A DNA stretch of 64,000 nt from Sphagnum compactum (Eukaryota): NCBI GenBank assembly GCA_965153455.1, contig OZ234493.1:13444213-13508212 (forward strand), read 5' to 3'. The notes beneath the pieces are model-generated. The model saw nothing but the letters and a program-made list of their open reading frames with translations. It searched no databases and was not told the origin of the DNA. Below, one piece after another: positions 43,420 through 55,837 of this stretch. Numbering within the stretch: the first letter of the stretch is position 1; each line of letters opens with the position of its first letter. A program made the position numbers and the translations under genes.

Positions 43420-43545
43420 TACAACTATTGTGTCATTATAATATAAATATTATGCCAACATTGCAACTATTGTGTCATTATATTATAACTATTATGCTAA
43501 CATTGCAACTACTATGTCATCATGTTGCAACCATTATGCAATTAC
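43420..43545 (+). repeat. ~41-bp tandem repeat (2-3 copies) within a gcaact-rich repeat
   Basis: caactattgtgtcattata...attatgc(c/t)aacattg repeated. Confidence 0.75.
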
Positions 43546-45239
43546 ATAAACAACAATGTGTTGACGTGAAAATGATGTGTTGATAAATCATCAATGAACC
43601 TATAACAATTTAAATTTATTTCAATATCTTTATTAATTTAATTTAAATCATTCAACTTAGGGCTGATAAAATGTTGACACATGGTATTTAAATCAATAAA
43701 TAGGTAAGCATAAGATAAATAAACATTACAATTTACATTTCTTAAGTTAAGTAGAGAAGTAATTAAACCTAGATAGATCGGTAAGTAGGCTTAAGCCAAG
43801 TAGGTAGGTCATTTGTCCTATTTTATTATGGGTTTAACCTTTAAAGCCAAACCTTCTTTTATTGGTTTATTTCAAATGTCACTTTTTTTAAATATTTTTA
43901 ATGCATTTAATTATATATTTTACAAACTTGAAAGTTGAATAATGGGATTAAAACAATATGGGATTAAAAATTTAATTGCATACTAGTCACAATTCAATTG
44001 CAATTACTCCAAGACAGGCTAATGAATGAACATTTAAGCTTTCAAAGAACTTAGATCCTAAAACATTCTCCCTTTGCATGTTAAGTGCCAAAGGTGTTTT
44101 TAAACCTTGACTTAGCACGCCCATAGCCATTTAAATTGCTCAAAAAGGACACAAAATGAATAAGATATGGTTGTCAAATGTAAGCAACATCAATGATTGG
44201 TCACTGGCTTAATTCACACTATAATATTCAATACATTCATCTTCTTCATAATTATCATGTGTTGTTGTTTTACCTATGGAGCTCAAATGGTTCATGTAGA
44301 TTTTAACTTGGCACACCCATAACATATTAAATTGCTAAAAACAGACAAAAAACAAGAAATATATGAAATTAAAAAATAAAATGTCATTTATTCATAAATA
44401 CACTATGTGATTTCAACATCTTTTGTGTTTCTTTTATGTTGTTATTTTTTCTTTAAAATTGAAACATATAATGTAAAACTTAAACCTTAACGTTCCCATG
44501 ATGTTTTACATCACACAAAAATAAACAAGAAGTAATAAAAATCCAAAATTATTTAGTCACTGGCCAATGATTGGTGATGGGTGATTTTACCTTAACATAG
44601 TCTATCTACTAGATATTATAGTTCATAATAGTTAATAAATAATTATATTAGCTATTAATATGGAATCTAGATATTAATGTATTATTTATACTAATAATCA
44701 ATATTATTATTGTTGTAACTAGTAGTTGGGTAGTTGCACAAAGATCCAATATAGTAGTTTTAAAATAATTGCATAGAAATTGTTAATGAATGCTTTAGTT
44801 ATTCTAATTGTAATATAATTGTCATATGTAATTTTTGTGCAATTTACTAACAAAATCAAACAATGGTTGAACAAACTTATATGTATGGTGTGTACATTCA
44901 TCTATATATAATCTAAGGACTAATATGCGACTACAAAAGAATTCCAAAAATTTATATCGTGACATTTTATTCTGTAATTCCCTATACTTCTATGGAACAA
45001 TTGTAGTGTAATTATAAATTGGTTGTTTCAAAGCTCTAGTTACATGATAATGAAGTTTTTGCATACATGATTTTTCATAATGGTTGCTTCTAGTTATGTT
45101 CACACCATGGATCACTATGTTGAATAAAATAGTGAATCCAAGTAGTGTTCTACTTATTTTATGTGGGGAGGGTTTTTTCTGCCTAAAAATTAACAATATT
45201 ATGATTACAATCATAATTCTAACCATGACACCATTCAAA

Positions 45240-46660
45240 ACCTAGTGGGAGGCTTGCATATTCCAATAATGGGTTATAATGTGGTGCCTAATGTGTTAAA
45301 TCACAAGAAGGAATTTAGGAAGGGGAGGCACCTTGGGGGACTATGGATATTAAATTAATATCCTTAAAACTATGGCTGTCAATAATAGGGATTGGTGCAA
45401 CCACTTAAGTTTAGTGGAATTTTGATATAACTTAATTAAACATTCAATGATTAAAATGAATCCCTTTCAGTTGGCATTAAAATTTGAAGCAAAAGCAACC
45501 CATGGGCTTAGCCATCCCAAGGTAGAATAGTTTGTCTTGAAGAAAACAAATATGTTGAAAAGATGGTTAAGAAGCATAAAGAGTTGATGCACAAGCCAAA
45601 AATCCTTTTGGAAAAAACTCAATCAACATATGAGAAATAGGCCAATAGATTTTGAAAACACATTAAATTTGAGGTTGGTGAATTCATGTGAATGAATGTT
45701 CATGACTTTAAGATGTTTGAAACTTTGGTAAGTTGGTTCATATTGAAGTATGTCTAGGTCCCTATAAGGTATTCTATAAACTTCACTTAGATGTATACAC
45801 ATTTTTGCCAACAACTTTTGTGGTGCATCCAACCTTCAATGTGTTTAAATTAAAACTATTTAACGAAGATAAGAGGAGGCCATATAGGAAGCAAGCCTAC
45901 CGCCCATGTTTTGGTCTTATGAACATAGGCTCACAACCTCACATTTGAAATTGAATGCATCTTTGGTGTAAAATAAACTAAGTGGTTGCGCAAATAATAT
46001 TTGGTGAAATGGAAAGGATGCCACCGAAAGGAGGCAACATGGGTGAAACCTTTGCACTTAGACCATTGCCAAAAATGGTGGCAAAATTTGTATTGGAAAG
46101 AAGGCATGAACTAAGGCAAAAATGTTTGCATAAAAAATAAAAGCTTGTGAGAGGTCCCCAATTTAAGTAAATGTTGATAGGAATGATTAGCTTTAAAAGT
46201 GAAGGTGAAAGCTTTGAAACCTTGAAGTTTAATGCTTGAAACATAGGCACACAAGTCCACATGGGAAAAATGAGTTGAAATGCCAAGTTGTATGAGAAGT
46301 TAATCCATGGAAGGATGAAATGCATGGTGAAAGGAGATGATGACAACCAATGGAATGGACCTTGAAAATTGAATTTTAACCACAAAAAAAAGTTTGATCA
46401 AGTGAAATCAAGATAATAATGCATGTGAATTAAATGGCATGATTATATTGAGAAATGTGGTTTCCAATGCATGGAGTTGTGACCCATGTCCTTAAAGGTA
46501 AAATGGGTCTAAATTGTAAAAATGTGGTTTAAAATTATATATTCACTTGTTTTGCACTGTTCATTCGATGTGATGGTTGAGGTCATCCAATATGGAACTT
46601 GGACACATATTTAAGAGGAAATGTCAACTTAAAAGGTTGAGGAGCCCAAGGGGGGAATGT
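45240..46660 (+). mobile_element. Decayed chromoviral Ty3/gypsy retrotransposon 3' end (integrase C-terminus, chromodomain, PPT)
   Basis: Frameshifted peptides LVEF*YN...MNPFQLAL, LEKTQSTYEK*AN..KFEVGE, GPYKV..VHPTFNVFKLK and chromodomain YLVKWKGCHRKEATWVKPLHLDH (~45998-46070). A purine tract gaggagcccaaggggggaa precedes TG at ~46659. Confidence 0.8.
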
Positions 46661-47547
46661 GTGTGTGAAAAATTTAATGACAACACAAACAAGTACATAA
46701 GATTCCTAAATTCCTATTGTGTTGGAACCAAAAATGGAACAACATGAATATAATCAAAGTTAGGGAAAACCTCTTCCCAAAGTGACTTGTGGTTAGATTG
46801 AGACAAATAGGGGCAAATGTTAAAAACATCAATGAAGACATTGACCTTTTTAATGGGGGTGAGTGGCATGCCCTTCCATGTTAGTTCATTTGGGCTTTCA
46901 CGGGGTGAGACTCACATTAGGACCACCATGGTGGGCATTTTTTTTTTTCAAGATCCATTAGTTGCCATACTAGTTTCTTTTCTGATGAGAATGGTGTTCA
47001 TTTTGTGATAATCAAAATTTTATGGACTAATTTTTAAACTACATATGACCTTTTTTTATGGAATTAAGGTCATGGTATTTTCCAATGATCGCATATTTGG
47101 CTATGGTATTTTCAAGAAGGTAGCGAAATTGGTTTTAGGTGTTTGAAAATAGTGGTAGATTTGTTCTACTAAATTTGCGGCCACGTCTACATTTTGAAAC
47201 AAGTGAGAGACACACACATAAACTAAATCTAAAAACATAGACACATAAACATCTCATCTAGTGGAATTGAACCTCGACCTTGAAAGGTCTTGCCCATGTA
47301 GTAGAGGAGTCATGCACCCACATAAACATTCAACAAAAAAATCCCAACTTTCAAACATCCAACCCAACACCCACACAATTTAGAAAGTGGATAATTTTCA
47401 TACCTAGAACTGCAACTTTCACCTACATCCACAAAGTGCATACAAGAATCATACTTGGATTTCTGGAAAAACATGTACAAATACTTCCAAAGAAACCTTT
47501 GCCCTCTCAACTTACAAGATGCAAGTGGTAGTTGAAAAGAAAAAAAC

Positions 47548-49859
47548 CTAACAATTTGCGTGGTATCTAATGCAAACTTCTTTCCATTCTGCAATGGCTG
47601 CATCATACAGAAAATTACTAACATTGTAGAAATTCTAAGTGAACATGCACACACACAAGTCGAGATGTGTGGTTAGTTTGTTCGCAATTTACTTTTCATG
47701 AAAGCTAAGTTGTTGAAAGTCCTTTCATCCTTAACTAAACCCAAAACTTGCACCATAATTATTTCAACAACCTTTACGTACTCACTTAGTTTCAAAACCA
47801 AAACTGGAGAAGATTGGATCTCCAACCACATTTGAGTGACCGGGTTCACATTTGATGGCTCTTACATCATTGTCTCAACATTATGACTCATGGTGAGTTT
47901 GAAATAAGAAGCTTGCACATCAAGCTGTCATGAATCCAAAAGCCCGACAACTACAACACCACCCTTGATTTTCTTGTCAACAAAAAAGGCAAACTTGATC
48001 TTATCCAAATGTGGGAGGACATTCCTAGTAACATTTTATTCACACAACCAATACTGTGGGTACACAATGCCAAGGGTCGACATGACTTCCGCATAAGGGA
48101 ATCTACGAAACAACTCAACACACAATGATGTGGTAGCTTCTAAACATGCAACCTTCATTAATCCAATCATGGCAAACTGGTCACTCATATTCACATGAAC
48201 ATAAGCACCACTAGAACCTGCACGATGATGGAGTTCGTAGTTGTGGCCAACACTATTGAATGCCAAGTATGGCAGCAAGTATAGATCAACATTAGATTCA
48301 TGTGAAACCTAGGGGAGGGGCAATAACTCATTACAATGTTCACAAACAACAATGAATTCCTTGAAAGTAGAATCGTCATACTTACAAAAAAGATCAACAT
48401 AAAGTTGGTGTAGTTCGGCCTCTACTGATTTCATGGTGTCAATGAATTCACAAATAAAAACATCTTGTCTTTGAGCATATTTAATTAGTGTATGCACCAT
48501 TTCCAACATTGGAAGGATGCATGGCATACCGAAAACCAACTCCAAATTAGACAATAGATCCAAATTTTCATGAGTAGGCTTGCTATTTGGTGCATTTGTG
48601 TGCATCTTCACAACAAGTGATTTGTACTCTCCTGACATATGTTTTAGAGGGCTCAACATTGATATACAACAGGTTCTTATATTTTGTAGCAATTTCAAGC
48701 ACTTTGTTTTCAATGTCTTTGCAAGGTTCACAAATTCCAACACCTTCTTTGGATTGTGTGAAAAAAGGCATACAAGGACTATAACATACCTTCAATGTGC
48801 ATAACCAAGGATAACTTGCTCAAAACCAAGATAGCTAGATTGGTTTGATGTGCCACACAATGCACACCAATGAAAAATGGGGCAATCTGCTCCTTTGTTT
48901 GAGTAATCACCTAGACCAAATGCCTTAAAAGATTGAATCATCGTCACATCCAAGGTAGATCCACTTGGAAGCCATGTCAGAATTTGTAAGGCCCCCGTAT
49001 TTGCCCATCACATCCAAAATCACACCTTTAATGTTGTTTGAAGTTGCACCCACCTCAACCTTTTCAAGGGTCAATAAAACAAGAACACATTTCTAACTCT
49101 ACATCACATACCCATGGATATTAATCCATTATTGTGCATCAATAGTGGTCACTTCATCTACAGTGGCAGCAACAAAATTAACTTTTGAGATCATTAGTGG
49201 GGTGTTTTTGACCTTCAACAACAAAAACAACTCCTTCAACAACTCATATTCCAATATTGGTCTCCCATGTAGGAGAATATGCAAGACTGTAACAAACTAT
49301 ATGAATTTCTTCTAAACACCCAAGTGAATCCTTGACTGCACTAAGGTCATGACAAACTTCGAGTTCTGCACAAAATAAGTCCTCTCATTCTTGGCATGTG
49401 CAGCATCCTTGTAATAGAAGTATTCTTCGATAACTATGCCAAAACTAGGTACTGTTGCCTTATGACGCTTGGCATGTTTTTGAAGTTTGTCAAACTTGGG
49501 AGTTACAACTTTGGCTTTCCTTCAATATTGTTGCAAATTTTACATCGGACCTGTGCAACCAAACCATCTTCTCTAACAACTGTTTTAGCCCATGGAAAAC
49601 GACACGCCCATGTATCTTGAAACACACTAGTCTTCTCATAAAACCTTCGTAGTTTCTTTTCAAGAGGCTCAACAAACTCAATAGGTTCCTTTCCATTTGT
49701 TCTATTTTTAGGATTGCTACTTGAACTAGGGCTTATAGTACTACTAGAAGTTGCTTGTACATTAGATGCAACATGGGGCAACGAATATGAAGTTGCACCT
49801 GGTTCACCACTAAAAAATAACTTAAACTTAAAATTCTTCAACACTTGGAGGGGAGCCAT
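47548..49859 (-). mobile_element. Decayed hAT-superfamily transposase (ZNF862-like architecture), frameshifted
   Basis: Minus-strand motifs in order: FQDTWACRFPW...VRCKIC (N-terminal zinc finger), VAATVDEVTTID (first catalytic D), IGVHCVAHQTNLA (CxxH), ELFRRFP, LGIVYPQYW and DERTFNNLAFMKSKLR (hAT dimerisation / catalytic E). Multiple stops and frameshifts are present. Confidence 0.85.
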
Positions 49860-52030
49860 GGCTTTAGGAAACCTTAGAATGATTGTAGAATATAAATGTA
49901 ACACATAGAAACACAAAGAATAAAACAAAATGACAAGGATGAGAAGAAGGAAGAGAGCTTGATCATGTGTTGTGCATTTTGATTTAAGCACTTGCATTGC
50001 AGCTTGCAATCATTCTGCGCACACCTCCAACTTGTAGCAAACATAATATTGAATAGATTGGCGGCACTTTTGCCTGTTGTGCGTTCCCATTATGTTCAAG
50101 GTGCACCACTATGAACACAACGACAATTATTTTGGCCTTAAACCAACGTCGCCAACAAGAGAAAAAAATCTACACACAAAACATGGTTTAAAAAGATTTT
50201 GCATTAAACCCCTACCGACAAAGAACAAAGAGCCTCGAATACTTGGGGGTTTTGACCAAGAGTAATGTAGCTGGTGAACAACCCCATCCAACGATGGGGA
50301 TTGGACTTGGCATTCTCAATTTTATTCAATGATGGGGATTAATGATCTAAATCCTATTTTACGGCAGGTGTATGGCGAATGAAAGTTTATTGAACAACAT
50401 GGTTGGCGAGTTAAAATTTATTCAATGGCGAGATTGACAATTAGAGATTTATGGGGCAACATGATTGGCTTACCCAACGATGAAGATGTAACTATAGAGG
50501 CGATGTGCCCTAAAACTATATGTGCTAATGGCGATGGTAGAAAGTAATGGCTCGCTTTCTGTAGGTAATGAAAGGTGATCATGGAAGTACACATGCTAAC
50601 AACAACGGGCAAGAAGGGGACTTTTAGGTGATTTTATTTGAAATAAACTCAAAATAAACAAAGGCCATATCGCAAGACCTTTTTAGTAGTCGCATTTTGG
50701 CAACAAATCGCCAAAAATAAAAACATTGATGGTGGGGCACCATGGCAACACAAGAGTTTAAGTTAATGAATTGGGTTTTGAATCCCCGATTTGCCTTGTG
50801 GGATTGAGTTGTGGGGTTTAGGATCATGACAAGTGGGGTCTTGTCCCATAACAAACATTGGCTTGTTCACTTGGGGCAACCTTGGGTTGTCCAAGGGCAA
50901 CACTTTGGTGTCACCCCAGTAAACCGTTAGGGGCAACTTGGTGTTGTCTCAGGATGGCACTTTCGTGTCACCCCGCATTTCCCTTTTGGACAACTTGTGT
51001 TCTCATGCGGAAGGCACTTATTGTGGTTGGGCTGCAAGACATGGTAGGGCTGTGGGTTCAAGGGCCCTTAACCTTCGAGAAATCTGCAATTGGACTAAAC
51101 TTTAGCCTTGTCTTAGTGAGTCAAGATTTAGGATGTGTGAAATCTGGATGGGTCCAGGTGAACTTTGAGCTAACCCGTGTGTGCGCGTGGCTTGCATAGG
51201 TAGCTAGGAGTTAGGAGTGCACTTTGGAGCTTGGTGATGTGAGAGTGCAAGGACAAGCAAAAGGGTGTGTCCACAAGTCCTTGGCCCCCAATTTCAGGAG
51301 CACCCTTGACCAAGGAGGGCCTTATACCTGGTGTAAAGCCACAACTAAAATTTCAAAGACATAAAGGCGGTGAATAAGAGGAAGGGCATCTTCTGGTTCG
51401 TAGTAAAGTGCCTTCCGTGTTGAGAAGAAGAAGCAAGTTATTAGCTTGAAATTCTCTGTGTTGGGTCTGCTTGGAGGGAAGAGATGTGCCTAATACCCAC
51501 CTTTTGCAGACATTACATTTTTGAAAAGACCCATCCTAGTTCTTTTCTCTCGTGATACCCAGAAAGTGCCCGTCAAGTATCCTGGGATTTCTTTTATTTA
51601 AGAAAAAAGCCAGTGCTTTTTTCACCATGTAAAGCTCTTCAGGGGGCAGGCTTCACCAGATTTTTTTGGGCTTGCACTTGGGCTCCACCTTGCTCCATCT
51701 GGCATGATTTTGTATTTTGAATGTCATGAAGGGCAGAGCCATTTAATGAGAAGCCCACTGGTTTTACTTCTGAGATTAGGGTTCACTCTGCACTGCCAAC
51801 ATCTGACCCTATTTTGACTTGAAAAAACACCAGGATGGACAGGACAGGACACGACAGGACAGGACGAGGGAACCCTCCTTCATGGTATGTGCATGGAGTG
51901 TAGGGTGTTTTTCTGCATGGTATTGAGTTGAGACATGATTCAAACCCTGTGGCAGAACCATGCGGGTGCTGCACAGGGCGCCAAACTGACATCCGCAAAG
52001 CTCACAGGGGGTGTTTAGCATCCTGCCAAC

Positions 52031-52413
52031 GGCCACAGTGAACCAGCACCCACCAGTGCACCATGAAGGATGAATGGTAAGTGGTCAGGAAACAGTTTCT
52101 GTTCGGTTCCAGTTCCCTAGCTAACCATGGTGGTTAGCTCAGCTACTTTTTTGTTTTTCCTACCTCCATATAACAACCCACAAGCAGGTTGTTAGTAGGT
52201 AGGTAGTAAAAAAACCCTTAGCTATGTATAAACCATCTGCTTACCTAAAAGTTGCCTATTTTCCTACCTATCTGCCTACATTTGAGATCTATTTCCTACA
52301 GCACTGGTTACCAAGATGAAACCAAATATTAACTCAGTTGAGGTTCATCCACAACTGAATCATAACAGACATCCAGTGGATGGTGCGTTGGTGGGTGCTG
52401 GTTCACTGTGGCC
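52031..52413. mobile_element. Mutator-like (9-bp TSD) MITE
   Basis: Perfect 25-bp TIR GGCCACAGTGAACCAGCACCCACCA (extends to ~34 bp). Flanks are CCTGCCAAC / CCTGCAAAC (9 bp, 1 mismatch). Confidence 0.8.
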
Positions 52414-53374
52414 CCTGCAAACTTGAATCCTTTGTCAATGTTAAGTCGTTATGTTGTGTCCTTCAGAGATTTGCTTGTCAGCCTGTTCAGATGTGAAACA
52501 CCTCCAACACCCATTTGATGATTGATTGACCCACTCATTGGCTGTGGAAATGTGTTCAATGCCATTTACAAAGAGATGTTCTTCCAACTTCAAGAAGCAA
52601 AAGTTCATCATGTTGGCCTGCCAGAGCCACAACACTCATCTAGTCTGCAACAAAATATGCATAAGAAATGCTCTTGAGCTTTTTGAACCGAAAGAACTGA
52701 AAGAACCAGTGCTGCGCGGTTCTCTGTTTTTCAAAAGAAAGAAGTGATAGGGTAAGTTTTGGGATTAGGTCTCCTTCACCCATGATGAAGAGTTCTTCAG
52801 AAAATCAAAGAGTCAGTTTTTGACTAGTAACCATGGTTCTGAAAAGTCCAAAGAACCAGCTGAGGAGCCTACCATTTCTGCACCTGCTGGTACTTATTTC
52901 ATAACCCTCTTGGTTCTTTGAATTTTTTTCAAAAGACTGCAACTTTTCATACTCAAAATTTTCAAAAACCCAAAACTAAACGTTGTAACAAAATCCAAGA
53001 ATTGTCAACACTTAAGCCGGGGAGCTTGTCAGCGGTATCATAAATCCGAAACGTGGAGCTTGTCAGCGGTATCTTTGGCGTAGGCTGTTAGCCAGGCAAC
53101 GAGGGCTCATAAGCCCAGGATTGTGGTCATGTGCCCAGCACAACTAGTATATATGAAACCCAAACACTGAACATCAAGTCAAGACTCTCGCCAGACTTTT
53201 CATCAAGGCCCCCTTTGATGGTTCAGCACTTGCAGACACAACCGCTTACATACTTGGTGTACACTGCAAGAACACAATGTCATGTTGCTAGTTTAGTAGC
53301 TCTGCAGTGCATATATGCTCAGCCGATCTTGTTTTGGTCTTTGTTGGCTCTGCCAGTAACAAGGGAAGCTGTAT

Positions 53375-53477
53375 GATAACGCCTGAGGATGGGGCATTCC
53401 CAACATAAGGGCTCCCCGCGGGGGCAGCCTAAGGAGGCTCCCTGCACTGGGAATGCCCCCAATCGGACGGTGTTATC
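53375..53477. other. GC-rich self-complementary (Y-shaped hairpin) element
   Basis: GATAACGCC/GGTGTTATC and GGGGCATTCCCA/TGGGAATGCCCC stems enclose two small hairpins, CCCC-GCG-GGGG and AGCCT-AAGG-AGGCT. Confidence 0.6.
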
Positions 53478-53929
53478 CCATGCAATAACTTGGCCAATTC
53501 TTTACTTATTGTTCATATGATACTCGCCGTGTATCACAACAAAAGAAAACAAAATGAGGCAAGCATCTAAAAAATCCCAAGGCATTTAGATTTTCAGCAC
53601 TTTCAGGAGGCATTAAAGTTATTCCTAAAGTCAGGCGACTAGGATCCGAGAACGGCCAGTTTCGGCATAATAGGGCATCAAGTACTTCACCGGGAATGAA
53701 ATTTTACAAAACCGAAAAACTGTGACCCAAACTAGTTTTTGCACCAATTTTGGTGGGAAACTGAGTTTCATTCCCTCTTTCCTGAGCGCCTCCAATACTG
53801 CTGCATATAGTGTCACTGCTCCTATCTGTACAATCACTATAATTGTACTCGAACCTTGTGCATTAAATGCTGAGTTTCAGCATTTTATAGCGTGATTTAA
53901 TAAAATTTCCTTACTTTGCGAATATGACT

Positions 53930-54063
53930 AAAAGAGGGGATAGGGGGTGAAATGTGATGAAACCCTGCCAATCATAAAGAAATGAAAGCACCCAAAAAAG
54001 AGGGGATAGGGGGTGAAATGTGATGAAACCCTGCCAATCATAAAGAAATGAAAGCACCCAAAA
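53930..54063 (+). repeat. Perfect 66-bp tandem duplication
   Basis: aaaagaggggatagggggtgaaatgtgatgaaaccctgccaatcataaagaaatgaaagcacccaa twice. Confidence 0.95.
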
Positions 54064-54695
54064 CAAAGGGGGGGGGGGAAATACAAGGAATAAGAAGGAA
54101 GGACCCATGGAAGAAGACAAAAGAACCACCAAAAGAGGGCAAACCGCAGGGAACATCAAGTTTGCAAACCCCCTCCTGTCGTGAGAAGCATATCAAATAA
54201 TGAAGGGTGAAAGGAGAGGGGATAGGGGTGAAAGAGAGGGTAACTTTACAGATAGCTTTAATATCACAATGTTTTTGCCAGGTTATTAGGACTGAAGAAT
54301 GACATAGTTTTCATTAGGTCTCACATTTAAAGAAAATATTCACATTTAAATAAAATAGTTCATGGAACATTTCTCATTTGAAATGTTGAGATTTGAAGTT
54401 TGAACTCACCCTAGGAGGCAGAGCTAACTTTATCAGGGGCAGTGATATTTTAAAAAGAAATCTCCTGTTGAGTCATTGGTTAGCATCCCAAGAGGGATTT
54501 AGCATTAATGGCAACAGGTTTTTAAAAACCTGTTACACAGTAAAAAACACTAGTTAAATAAAATGCTACCAAACTCAAATCAGAGTCCAAATGTGGGGGA
54601 AAAGAATTTAATTTTTTTCTCGAAATTTGACGTTCAAAAAATATCCGGAATATTTTTTTGAGACAGAATATTCTCTTCGTTTTCCATGTTGGGTG

Positions 54696-54986
54696 CAGTG
54701 TTTTTTTTTGTCACGGCGAAATTTCGCCAAATAGCGACCTGGAAAAATATGATTTCAACCTATACAAAGGATTTTTCATGGGAAAAATGGCCCAAATTCG
54801 CCAAATTTCGATGAATTTTTTTTTCAAATTGCCAGATTTTTGTGATAAGTTCCAGCAGGTGGCCAAGAATATTGAAGGATTCTGGTTTTATAATTTTTAA
54901 TATCAGTATGTAGCCAAATTTGGCTAAATCATCTTATGGATGATCACCACTTCAGCTACATCACAATTGAAAAAAAAAAAACCCTG
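54696..54986. mobile_element. Dispersed MITE-like repeat family (CAGTGTTTT...AAAACCCTG ends; internal AGCCAAATTTGGCT palindrome)
   Basis: The same 3' module (tagccaaatttggctaa...gatgat..ccac....ctacatcacaaaattg) recurs at ~3385-3455, 4285-4375 and 33325-33400, and in degenerate form at ~11350-11670. TSD not found. Confidence 0.65.
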
Positions 54987-55318
54987 GAACTTGGGCGCTT
55001 TCTGTTCTCTGTGTAAAATGAGGGGGGATTTCTTTGTCATTTACTTCTTTGGAATCTTAGTTTGCCTGTTTTTAGCAACAACCTCTTTTAAAATTCCCTC
55101 CCTAAAAGAAAAGAAAAGTAAGTACTAGGGTACTATGAATACTAACCAGGCAATATTAATTGGAATCTGGGCATCCTTTAAGAGTACATCCAAATCCAAA
55201 TGGGATGGTTTTCGTCGTGGTTTTTTCATTCATCAAATGCAAGGTCATGAAAATCTTCTTGGACATTTTTGCCTTTTCCAATAAACCAAAGGAGAGCGAG
55301 CTTAAGAAATCATGTATA

Positions 55319-55837
55319 CTAGTGTACACTGTAGCCTGTGCTGTTGGCCCAAGTGTGAACACATTCTTTATTTTTCACATTTTCCAAATTCAAAATTTCT
55401 AAATTCACCAATTGCGAACAAATTGAGGGCTCAACCAATTTTTCCTTCCAGACCCAATTTTTGCAATTTGTTTGAATTTCCAGCAACAAAATTCACTCAC
55501 TCAAAAATCAATATCTTCCACACATTAGCTTCGAAAATTGTGAAATAAACTCCATTAAATCCGACTCACTGAGGCTTTTCAACAACACCAAAATGGTTCC
55601 TAAATTCCAATAAAATTTTCAGTTATTATTTTATTTAATTTTCATTGAGAAAATAATTCAATAATCAATAGCTTCCACACCATAGCTCAAAGAGTCTCAA
55701 ATCAAGTTGATGCACCTGTACCCATCGAGAGCTTATCGAGAGCTTTCCAAAGATATCAAGAGTGCAGCATGAAGATCCATGCTTTGAGAGATCTCAGCAT
55801 GACAAAACAAAACAAAGTACCTTGCTTCATAGATAGA
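55319..55837 (-). mobile_element. Non-autonomous Helitron, copy A
   Basis: On the minus strand it begins A|TCTATCTATG and ends ...GCACAGGCTACAGTGTACACTAG|T, i.e. 5'-TC, CTAG-3', inserted between A and T. Homologous to 58049-58465 and to a partial copy at ~33490-33757. Confidence 0.7.
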
